DNA of 64,000 nt from NCBI RefSeq assembly GCF_048268525.1, contig NZ_JBLWVH010000018.1, positions 9,083-73,082 of the forward strand, written 5' to 3'. The translations under genes and the position numbers were made by a program. The notes beneath the pieces were generated by a model that was not told where the DNA came from, ran no database searches, and was given only the letters and a program-made list of their open reading frames with translations. Positions 10,058 through 17,624 of the stretch are shown one piece after another. This stretch comes from Maricaulis sp. GTDB taxonomy: Bacteria > Pseudomonadota > Alphaproteobacteria > Caulobacterales > Maricaulaceae. Positions within the stretch are counted from its first letter, which is position 1. The number at the start of each line of letters is the position of its first letter.

Positions 10058-10624
10058 CTAGCAGCGTCGGCCTCCGCCAACCAGATCAGCATAATTGCCG
10101 GTATCATTGTCCGTACACGAGCGGCCTCCGCCGCGACCACCGCCGACCGGGTCAGCATAGCGCCCCGAATCATTGTCGGTCGTGCCACGGTAATTGCCGC
10201 CACGACCGCGACCGGCCGGATCGGCGTAGCTGCCGCTGTCACTGTCGGTTATGCCGCTGCTGCCGCGCCCGCGTCCAGCCGGGTCGGCGTATGCGCCGGA
10301 GTCTGAATCGGTAACACCGCCACCGCGTCCGCCACCAACCGGGTCTGCATACTGGCCGGAATCGCTGTCCGTCACGCCGCCGCCCCGGCCATTGCCGATC
10401 GGGTCTGAATAGCGTCCGGTGTCGCTGTCGGTGATGCCGGTTGAACCGCGTCCGCCACGGCCGCCGCGTCCGCCACCGGCGGGATCAGCATAGCGTCCGG
10501 TGTCACTGTCTGTGTATCCGGTGGTCGCGCAACCGGCGACAGTGCCGGCCGCTCCGGTCGCAATGGCTGCGCCGGCGACCCGGGTCAGGAATGAACGCCG
10601 GGAGAGTTTTCCACGTTTGGCCAT
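10058..10624 (-). CDS. Tat-signal secreted Asp/Gly/Arg-rich repeat protein, paralog 1 (possible lipoprotein via VAGC)
   Basis: N-terminus MAKRGKLSRRSFLTRVAGAAIATGAAG is a twin-arginine signal; about 7 tandem copies of a ~20-aa unit T-D-S-D-[ST]-G-x-Y-A-D-P-x-G-x-G-R-G-G; C-terminal Cys pair; AAGGAGG RBS. Confidence 0.75.
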   Translation of the reverse strand: MAKRGKLSRRSFLTRVAGAAIATGAAGTVAGCATTGYTDSDTGRYADPAGGGRGGRGGRGSTGITDSDTGRYSDPIGNGRGGGVTDSDSGQYADPVGGGRGGGVTDSDSGAYADPAGRGRGSSGITDSDSGSYADPAGRGRGGNYRGTTDNDSGRYADPVGGGRGGGRSCTDNDTGNYADLVGGGRRC

Positions 10625-10647
10625 TGAAGCCTCCTTGTGCGGCGACG

Positions 10648-10672
10648 GGCCTGACCGGATGCGGTCAGGCCC
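10648..10672 (-). terminator. perfect 11-bp hairpin between repeat-protein genes 2 and 1 (attenuator/terminator-like, no T-run)
   Basis: gggcctgaccg-gat-cggtcaggccc. Confidence 0.4.
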
Positions 10673-10686
10673 GTACAGCGTGTCGC

Positions 10687-11247
10687 TTAGCGGCAGCGTC
10701 GACCACGGCCACCCGGATCCGCGTAGGTGCCGGAATCACTGTCCGAACAGGAGCGTCGGCCACGACCGTTTCCAGCGGGATCCGCATAGGCCCCGCTGTC
10801 GCTGTCTGTAACGCCGGAGCGTCCGCGTCCATTGCCCACTGGATCCGCATAGGCCCCGGTGTCGCTGTCGGTGACGCCGGAGGAGCGCCGCCCGCGGCCG
10901 TTGCCGGCGGGATCGGCATAGGAGCCGGAATCGCTGTCGGTAATGCCAGAGCGCCCGCGGCCATTGCCCGCCGGGTCTGCATAGGCCCCGGTGTCGCTGT
11001 CCGTGACTCCGGTGCTTCCGCGGCCATAGCCGGCGCGGTCGGCATTGGCGCCGCCATCACTGTCGGTGGCTCCGGTGCGTCCATAGCCCGCACGGTCAGC
11101 ATAGCTGCCCGTGTCGCTGTCGGTACGACCGGTGCGGTTCTGGGCGCTGGCTGCGCCCGATACGGCGCCCGCAGCGCCCGTCGCGATTGCGGTGCCAGCC
11201 ACTCTCGTCAGAAACGAGCGGCGACTGAGCTTTCCTTTTTTGGCCAT
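10687..11247 (-). CDS. Tat-signal secreted Asp/Gly/Arg-rich repeat protein, paralog 2
   Basis: MAKKGKLSRRSFLTRVAG twin-arginine signal; about 8 copies of the TDSD[ST]GxYADPAGNGRGR unit; C-terminal Cys pair. Confidence 0.75.
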   Translation of the reverse strand: MAKKGKLSRRSFLTRVAGTAIATGAAGAVSGAASAQNRTGRTDSDTGSYADRAGYGRTGATDSDGGANADRAGYGRGSTGVTDSDTGAYADPAGNGRGRSGITDSDSGSYADPAGNGRGRRSSGVTDSDTGAYADPVGNGRGRSGVTDSDSGAYADPAGNGRGRRSCSDSDSGTYADPGGRGRRCR

Positions 11248-11319
11248 GAAGATGCCTCTCTATCGTGTTCGGCAATCCCCCACGAACTGCTCGAAGTCCC
11301 TCACGATTGAACATGACAA

Positions 11320-11337
11320 CGGCGCCCTGAGGCGCCG
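11320..11337 (-). terminator. hairpin downstream of repeat-protein gene 3 (weak terminator)
   Basis: cggcgcc-ctga-ggcgccg followed by a weakly T-rich tract on the - strand. Confidence 0.35.
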
Positions 11338-11348
11338 CTGTTGATGTC

Positions 11349-11684
11349 TTACAGGCTCGGGCCGCGTCCGCGACCGCCCGGGTCGGAACAGCCGGAACTG
11401 TCAGAGTCGGTGTAACCGGTATTGCCGCGACCGTAGCCGGCCTGGTCAGCGCATGATCCGCTGTCGCTGTCGGTGCGCCCGGTGCTGCTCGTGCCGTGGT
11501 TGGCGTAATCATTCGGGTCCGAGTCGGTGATACCGGTCCGGGCGACCCCATCAACCGGGTCGGCATCCGAATAGCGTTGGACGACAGCGGCACCGGCAAC
11601 GGTGGCGATGGCGCCGGTGGCGATGGTTCCGCCTGCGACGCGCGTCAGGAATGAGCGACGGCTGAGTTTGCCTTTTTTGGCCAT
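11349..11684 (-). CDS. Tat-signal secreted Asp/Gly-rich repeat protein, paralog 3 (short, 111 aa)
   Basis: Internal ATG at 11684 gives MAKKGKLSRRSFLTRVAGG, matching the 5' ends of paralogs 1 and 2 at nucleotide level; the longer track frame (to 12095) is upstream read-through; about 3 degenerate repeat units plus C-terminal cysteines. Confidence 0.65.
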   Translation of the reverse strand: MAKKGKLSRRSFLTRVAGGTIATGAIATVAGAAVVQRYSDADPVDGVARTGITDSDPNDYANHGTSSTGRTDSDSGSCADQAGYGRGNTGYTDSDSSGCSDPGGRGRGPSL

Positions 11685-11954
11685 GTCTGTGTTTCCCCCT
11701 GGATCAGCAAAAGAACTGGCGGGATCGGATTTCCCGAACCCAATCAAACTGGTGCTGAGTCTAGGCGGGCCGGCATCGCTGAGCAATTGAAAGCTGTATA
11801 AAAAATATTGTTCAAAAACAATTGTATAGGAGTATTCATGATAATGATCCGCAATAAAAATGACTATGAGAATGGTTTGCACGATGTATAGATAGAGAAT
11901 GCGAGTTGTTCTCAGGCATGGAGGGGTGATCGCTGCAGCTTTGTCCGGGCTGTC

Positions 11955-11969
11955 GTTCTTGTCTTGTTC
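11955..11969 (+). promoter_or_regulatory. candidate alphaproteobacterial LexA (SOS) box GTTC-N7-GTTC upstream of ruvC
   Basis: gttcttgtcttgttc, about 45 nt upstream of the ruvC ATG. Confidence 0.5.
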
Positions 11970-12013
11970 CGCTCCCCGGACTGGTGTTAGCTTGACGGGT
12001 CCGGGAGGGGCTG

Positions 12014-12514
12014 ATGGCATTATCCGTGCGAATTCTGGGAATTGACCCTGGCTTGAGGCGAATGGGCTGGGGGATGATTCGAGTCGAGGGATCACGTCTC
12101 AGTGCGATTGCACATGGCGTGGTAACGCCACCGACCTCGGCGCCATTGTCCGAGCGGCTCATCCACATCTTCAATGCCGTCGGTGATCTCGTCGGTGAGC
12201 ATCGGCCGGATGAAGCCGCGATTGAAGAGGCATTCATGGCTGCCAATGCTGCTTCGGCTCTCAAGCTCGGCCATGCCCGGGCGGCAGCCCTGCTCGCCCC
12301 CGCAAAAGCCGGATTGCCTGTTGCCGAATATGCGGCGCGCCTGGTCAAAAAGTCGGTCGTGGGAACCGGTGCCGCGGACAAGTCCCAGATTGCGGCCATG
12401 ATCAGTATTTTGTTGCCCGGCACCAAGGCGACTGCCGACGCGGCTGACGCGCTGGCAATCGCGATCTGCCACGCCCATCACCGCCGCGCGGCAAGTTTCG
12501 GGAGTGCGGCATGA
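12014..12514 (+). CDS. ruvC: crossover junction endodeoxyribonuclease RuvC
   Basis: ILGIDPGLRRMGWG N-terminus; 166 aa. Confidence 0.95.
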   Translation: MALSVRILGIDPGLRRMGWGMIRVEGSRLSAIAHGVVTPPTSAPLSERLIHIFNAVGDLVGEHRPDEAAIEEAFMAANAASALKLGHARAAALLAPAKAGLPVAEYAARLVKKSVVGTGAADKSQIAAMISILLPGTKATADAADALAIAICHAHHRRAASFGSAA

Positions 12515-13152
12515 TCGGCATGTTGAAGGGCAAGGTTGAGGCGCTGGGCGCGGACGAGTTGGTGTTGGACGTCGCCGGCGTCGGCTATCTGGTCGGAGCC
12601 GGTGCCCGCACCCTGTCCCGCCTGGAGCCGGGCCAGGCTGTTGTCCTGCATATCGAAACCCATGTTCGGGAAGATGCTTTCAAGCTGTTCGGTTTTCTCG
12701 ACGATATTGACCGTGCCTGGTTCGTCCATCTGCAGAATATCCAGGGTGTCGGTGCCAAGGCTGCTTTCGCAATCCTCGATACAGTGCCGGTCAGTGAAAT
12801 TGCCAATGCAGCCGCTCTTGGCGACAAATCGACCTTTGCCCGGGCCAAGGGGGTCGGGCCGAAACTGGCAACCCGGATCGCGACTGAATTGAAGGACAAG
12901 GCACCGCCAACCGGTCGCAGTTTCTCGATCGGCCTGCCCGTACATGAAGATGACCTGGCGAATGGTTCGCAGCCGGCAAAGCCGACAGGAGGCGACAGTC
13001 TCGCCCGGGAGGATGCGGTCTCGGCGCTTGTCAATCTCGGCTACAATGAGAGCGCGGCGCGGCAGGCTGTGGCCAAAGTCCTTCGCGACGCGGGTTCGGA
13101 AGCCCCGTTGGGTGATGTGATCCGGCTGTCCCTGAAAGAACTCTCGGCATGA
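12511..13152 (+). CDS. ruvA: Holliday junction branch migration protein RuvA
   Basis: MIGMLKGKVE N-terminus; HhH motifs (IQGVGAKAAFAIL); 4-nt overlap with ruvC. Confidence 0.95.
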   Translation: MIGMLKGKVEALGADELVLDVAGVGYLVGAGARTLSRLEPGQAVVLHIETHVREDAFKLFGFLDDIDRAWFVHLQNIQGVGAKAAFAILDTVPVSEIANAAALGDKSTFARAKGVGPKLATRIATELKDKAPPTGRSFSIGLPVHEDDLANGSQPAKPTGGDSLAREDAVSALVNLGYNESAARQAVAKVLRDAGSEAPLGDVIRLSLKELSA

Positions 13153-13206
13153 CCGTCAGCAACCGCGTGGACGCCGGTGATCGGATCGCGCTAGACCCGG
13201 CACATC

Positions 13207-14265
13207 ATGACTGATGCCTTCGACCAGACAGACCCCGATCGGTTGGTGGACCGCGACCTGCAGGCCGGTGACGGTCGGGATCGCGCCCTGCGCCCGCTGT
13301 CATTCTCTGATTTCGTTGGCCAGAAGTCCTCAATCGCCAATCTCAAGGTCTTTGTCGATGCGGCGCGGCGGCGGGACGAGGCGCTCGACCATGTCCTGCT
13401 CTCCGGGCCACCCGGCTTGGGAAAGACCACGCTGGCGCAGATTGTGGCGCGAGAGATGGGTGTCGGTTTTCGGGCCACATCCGGCCCGGTGATCGCAAAG
13501 GCCGGCGATCTGGCCGCCATTCTGACAAATCTCGAACCTCGTGATGTGCTTTTCATCGATGAAATCCATCGTCTGGCGCCTGCGGTCGAGGAGATCCTCT
13601 ACCCGGCCATGGAAGATTTTTGTCTCGATCTGGTGATCGGCGAAGGTCCCTCGGCGCGGACGGTCCGGATCGAACTGCCACCGTTCACGTTGGTCGGCGC
13701 GACGACACGGGCCGGCTTGCTGGCGACGCCGCTCCGCGACCGTTTCGGTGTTCCCGTACGACTGGAATTCTACGACGAGGCAGAGCTCGGATTCATTGTG
13801 ACGCGGGCTGCCGCCAAGCTGGGGATCGGTTCCACGCCGGACGGAGCACGGGAAATCGCTCGCCGCGCGCGGGGCACGCCGCGGGTCGCAGGTCGCCTGC
13901 TGCGGCGCGTGCGTGACTTCGCCGAATCGGAAAACGCCGAGCAGATTACGGAGGCGGTCGCTGACCGGGCATTGAAACGCCTGGAGGTTGACGCGATCGG
14001 TCTGGACAGCCTCGACCGGCGCTATTTGCGAGCCTTGACCGAGAGCTTTGGCGGTGGCCCGGTTGGCGTTGAAACGCTGGCGGGGGCCCTCGCCGAGGCG
14101 CGAGATGCCCTGGAGGATGTGGTCGAGCCGTTCCTGATCCAGCAGGGTTTCATCCAACGCACCCCTCGAGGCCGACTGGCGACTGGCCGGGCCTGGGAGC
14201 ATCTGGGCCTGGTGCCGCCCCAGAGCGGACCGGCCCCCGCACCGGGAGGCCTGTTCGGGAAATGA
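13207..14265 (+). CDS. ruvB: Holliday junction DNA helicase RuvB
   Basis: Walker A (GPPGLGKTT); RuvB family arrangement. Confidence 0.96.
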   Translation: MTDAFDQTDPDRLVDRDLQAGDGRDRALRPLSFSDFVGQKSSIANLKVFVDAARRRDEALDHVLLSGPPGLGKTTLAQIVAREMGVGFRATSGPVIAKAGDLAAILTNLEPRDVLFIDEIHRLAPAVEEILYPAMEDFCLDLVIGEGPSARTVRIELPPFTLVGATTRAGLLATPLRDRFGVPVRLEFYDEAELGFIVTRAAAKLGIGSTPDGAREIARRARGTPRVAGRLLRRVRDFAESENAEQITEAVADRALKRLEVDAIGLDSLDRRYLRALTESFGGGPVGVETLAGALAEARDALEDVVEPFLIQQGFIQRTPRGRLATGRAWEHLGLVPPQSGPAPAPGGLFGK

Positions 14266-14714
14266 GCGATTTGCTGACGCCTGCCGCGGGATCGATCGGG
14301 CCCGACCACATCCACAGGCTCCCGGTTCGGGTCTATTACGAGGACACCGACTTTTCAGGCGTCGTCTACCATGCCCGCTATCTCCACTTCTTTGAACGTG
14401 GCCGAACGGAGAGCCTTCGGGCCTGTGGTATCCATCATTCCGAGCTGGCCGCGATGACGCCTTCGCTGGCATTTGCCGTGCGTCGCATGTCGGTTGAATT
14501 CGTCCGTGCGGCCCGAGTCGATGATGTGCTGGTGGTCGGCACCGGCTTCAGACCGCAAGTCGGAGCGCGGTTGATGATGGAGCAAACCATCCATCGTGCT
14601 GACGAGCTGGTCGCGTCGGCTACGGTCGAAGCCGTCTGTATAGACAGCAGCGGCCGCGCAAAGCGACCGCCGGCGTGGATGCGAGATCGATGGCGCAGCT
14701 ATCTGCTCGACTGA
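14262..14714 (+). CDS. ybgC: tol-pal-associated acyl-CoA thioesterase YbgC (4HBT fold)
   Basis: [26 protein letters not shown] hotdog-thioesterase motif; position upstream of tolQ. Confidence 0.88.
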   Translation: MSDLLTPAAGSIGPDHIHRLPVRVYYEDTDFSGVVYHARYLHFFERGRTESLRACGIHHSELAAMTPSLAFAVRRMSVEFVRAARVDDVLVVGTGFRPQVGARLMMEQTIHRADELVASATVEAVCIDSSGRAKRPPAWMRDRWRSYLLD

Positions 14715-14803
14715 GAGCCACGCTCATTAACAATTACAACCCATCGGCCAGTATCACGGTGGCTATGTCTTGCCGGACGGACGCGCGGCAATTAACCCTG
14801 TAG

Positions 14804-15490
14804 TTGATAGGGGGGATACTATTGGCTGAGGTTTGGAAATCATCGGAGCGTTCGAAGCGACCCGTAGCGAGCCGGTTGGGGCCTCCTCCCAATTTTGAAT
14901 TCAGTGTCGCTCGCGTCCTCCAGGATGGCCCTTTCATGTTCATGCACTCGGTGCATGAATCGGAGAAGGGCGGTGAAGTCTGGGTCACGATGAGCCTGAT
15001 CCGACGCACGGCGGCCGGATTGATGAATGTCCAGCGGCAGGTATCGTCCCGCTTCTCGCCTGATGGCGAATATTGTGCCGTTTCGACGGCGGCCGAGCCT
15101 GACCGGAACCTCAAAGACGAAGCCGCACTCAACAAGGCGCAGGTCAAAGCGTTTATCCAGCTGGTCGTGCGTGACGGCTCGTCCGAGCACCGCGATGCCT
15201 TTATCGACCGGGGCCGTTTTGTCACCCACACGCCGGGCACCTGCTGTCGGCCCGAGGGGCTCGACGCACTGGTGGCCCGTCGCCGTCCTCGGCCGGGCCT
15301 CGTCTATCATGGCGTTGACGACATTGTGGGCGAGGGCGCCTATGTTGCGGTCTTCTCCTGCTTCGACATGGACGGCGAAACCTATCGGGCCTGCGACCTC
15401 ATGCGCCTGGAAGCCGGACGCATCGCCGAGCACTGGGATGTGGTCGAAGCCGTCGCCGCACACTCGGTTGCGCACAACGACGAGACGTGA
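14804..15490 (+). CDS. SnoaL-like (NTF2-fold, ester-cyclase-like) domain protein; start uncertain (possibly an internal ATG at about 14927-15020)
   Basis: C-terminal half has SnoaL-like signatures (NKAQVKAFIQLVV, DLMRLEAGRIAEHWDV). Confidence 0.55.
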   Translation: MIGGILLAEVWKSSERSKRPVASRLGPPPNFEFSVARVLQDGPFMFMHSVHESEKGGEVWVTMSLIRRTAAGLMNVQRQVSSRFSPDGEYCAVSTAAEPDRNLKDEAALNKAQVKAFIQLVVRDGSSEHRDAFIDRGRFVTHTPGTCCRPEGLDALVARRRPRPGLVYHGVDDIVGEGAYVAVFSCFDMDGETYRACDLMRLEAGRIAEHWDVVEAVAAHSVAHNDET

Positions 15491-15651
15491 ACACGCAGTA
15501 TTTGCGGTTATCACCTCCTGAAATTTGCCGTATTCGATAGGCAGGAACCGTTCCGGGCGGAACGCGTCAGCGCAGGCACGGAGTCTGCATGGCGTCGGAT
15601 GGTTTGTGAAACACGGTATCGGAACCGCGTGCGTGGGTCCGAAGCGCAAGG

Positions 15652-16329
15652 GTGAGCGTCATGGAGTCTTCTGTCGTCGAAATCGCGCAGGTCGTGGAGG
15701 GTTTCTCCTTCTATGCCTTGTTCATGCGCGCCGACTGGGTGGTGAAAGGTGTGATGGGCATTCTCGCCTTCATGTCGATCTGGTCCTGGGCGATCGCAAT
15801 CGACAAGTCGCTGCAACTACGTGGCCTGCACTCGAAAGGCCGGCAGTTTGAGCGCGAATTCTGGTCCGGCCGGTCGCTGGATGCCTTGGCCGACCAGTTC
15901 GCCAAGAATGCCCGCGAGCCGTTTTCACGCGTATTCGCAGCGGGCTTGCGTGAATGGAAGGGTGACAGCCCGGGCGGGCGTGTCTCCAAGGCTGCGGGCG
16001 CCGAAGCCGGTCGTCAGATGACCGAGTCCGAAGGCGGGCTGGGCATCCTCGCGACGATCGCGTCGGCCGCGCCCTTCGTGGGTCTGTTCGGCACGGTCTG
16101 GGGCATCATGAACGCCTTCCGTTCCATCGCCGCCTCGCAGGATACCAACCTCGCCGTCGTCGCTCCCGGCATTGCCGAGGCGCTTTTCGCCACGGCGCTG
16201 GGTCTGCTGGCCGCTATCCCGGCCGTCATCTTCTTCAACGCGCTGTCCGCCAATCTCGCCAAATACGGCTCCCGCCTCGATGGCTTTGTCGACGAGCTGT
16301 CGGCGCTGGCCGACCGCGACGAGGTCTAG
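15652..16329 (+). CDS. tolQ: Tol-Pal proton channel protein TolQ
   Basis: MotA/TolQ/ExbB family; three TM helices (GLFGTVWGIMNAF). Confidence 0.93.
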   Translation: MSVMESSVVEIAQVVEGFSFYALFMRADWVVKGVMGILAFMSIWSWAIAIDKSLQLRGLHSKGRQFEREFWSGRSLDALADQFAKNAREPFSRVFAAGLREWKGDSPGGRVSKAAGAEAGRQMTESEGGLGILATIASAAPFVGLFGTVWGIMNAFRSIAASQDTNLAVVAPGIAEALFATALGLLAAIPAVIFFNALSANLAKYGSRLDGFVDELSALADRDEV

Positions 16330-16333
16330 GCCG

Positions 16334-16768
16334 ATGGCGGTGTCACTCGACAGTGGTGGATCCGGTCGCGGCCGGGCCCGCTGGAAGCCAAAGGCCGAAA
16401 TCAACGTCACGCCCTTCGTGGACGTAATGCTAGTCCTGCTGATCGTGTTCATGATCACGGCGCCGTTGCTCACGGTCGGTGTGCCGGTCAATCTGCCGGA
16501 AACCGAGGCTCGCAACCTGCCAGCTGGTGAGGAGCCGTTGACGGTGACCGTCAATGCCGACGGGCTGATCTATCTCCAGGAAACTGAAATGCCGCTGGAC
16601 GAGCTGGTGCCGCGTTTGCGCGCCATTGCCGGTACAGGGTTTGACGCCCGCATCTATATTCGCGCCGATGACGGTGCCGCTTATGGCGATGTGGCGCGCG
16701 TGATGGCGCGGATCAACGCGGCCGGTTTCTCCAATCTGGGCCTGGTGACGGACCCGGTGCAGCAGTAA
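16334..16768 (+). CDS. tolR: Tol-Pal system protein TolR
   Basis: ATG at 16334 immediately after the tolQ stop; INVTPFVDVMLVLLIVFM ExbD/TolR TM motif (the track frame from 16172 is over-extended). Confidence 0.9.
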   Translation: MAVSLDSGGSGRGRARWKPKAEINVTPFVDVMLVLLIVFMITAPLLTVGVPVNLPETEARNLPAGEEPLTVTVNADGLIYLQETEMPLDELVPRLRAIAGTGFDARIYIRADDGAAYGDVARVMARINAAGFSNLGLVTDPVQQ

Positions 16769-16781
16769 CGGCGACAATCTG

Positions 16782-17597
16782 GTGCGTGGTCTTGTTCTCT
16801 CCCTTTTCGTACACGGTGGCATCATCGCCGCGGGGCTGGTCTATCTGCCCCGCATGACCAGCGTGTTCGAGGCAACGCCCGTTGTCCCGATCGAGCTGGT
16901 GACCCTGGGTGAGACAACCAATGTTCGCGCCGCGCGTCCCGATCCCGAGCCGGTGATTGAGGACGAACCGGCTGAAACCATCGATGACGAGATCGACGAG
17001 CCGGAACCCGCTCCGGTTCCCGAACCCGAGCCTGTCGAGACCGAACCTGAAATCATCGACGAAGCACCGGAAACGCCGGCTGCCCCCGAGCCTGAGCCGG
17101 TCGAAGAAACACCTGATCCCGAGCCCGAGCCCGAGCCGCAGCGCCCTGAACCGCAGGCCCGCCCGGCTGAGCCGTCCCTGAATGACATGCTGGGTGATCT
17201 GTCCAGAAGTGTCGCGGAAACGCGCGATGCCCAGGCCGCTGACGAAGGCCCGTTGCGTGCGGCGGTCGGCGACGGCGAACAGATGACGGCGACCCTGCAG
17301 GCCATGCTGCGCTCCCACCTGTCGCGCTGCTGGCGCGCATCGCTGGATGCGCCCGAGCCGGATGAGCTGGCGGTCCAGCTGGTGCTTGATCTCGACCGGT
17401 CCGGCGAGCTGACCGGGCCGCCGCGCCTGACCGATCAGGCCCGCATCCTCAATTCGCCCAATCCCTACCTGCGCGTGGCTGGTGAACGGGCCCTGCGTGC
17501 GGCCGTTCAGTGCCAACCCTATCCGCTGCCGCCGGAAGCCTATTCCGAGTGGCGTCAAATTGAGGTCAATTTTTCGCCGTCCTTATACGGTGGCTAG
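16782..17597 (+). CDS. tolA: cell envelope integrity protein TolA (Pro/Glu-rich linker)
   Basis: N-terminal TM helix, long PEPEPE acidic linker, C-terminal TolA domain; position. Confidence 0.85.
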   Translation: MRGLVLSLFVHGGIIAAGLVYLPRMTSVFEATPVVPIELVTLGETTNVRAARPDPEPVIEDEPAETIDDEIDEPEPAPVPEPEPVETEPEIIDEAPETPAAPEPEPVEETPDPEPEPEPQRPEPQARPAEPSLNDMLGDLSRSVAETRDAQAADEGPLRAAVGDGEQMTATLQAMLRSHLSRCWRASLDAPEPDELAVQLVLDLDRSGELTGPPRLTDQARILNSPNPYLRVAGERALRAAVQCQPYPLPPEAYSEWRQIEVNFSPSLYGG

Positions 17598-17624
17598 TCA
17601 CATTCGTCCCGGAGACCCTGTCCC

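Larger units (their letters stand above)
10070..11560 (-). repeat. intragenic tandem repeats (about 54-60 nt units encoding TDSDxGxYADPxGxGRG) across three paralogous genes
   Basis: Recurrent ...gtcgctgtcggt...ggcatagg...ccgccgccc units visible on the + strand; protein-level periodicity. Confidence 0.7.

Noticed and set aside
10036-10060. Lipobox VAGC in repeat protein 1, making it a lipoprotein
   Set aside because: Only paralog 1 has the Cys; paralogs 2 and 3 lack it. Kept only as a note on the feature.
16172-16768. Extended TolR frame starting inside tolQ
   Set aside because: The upstream extension overlaps the tolQ coding sequence; the ATG at 16334 directly follows the tolQ stop and begins the conserved TolR N-terminus.
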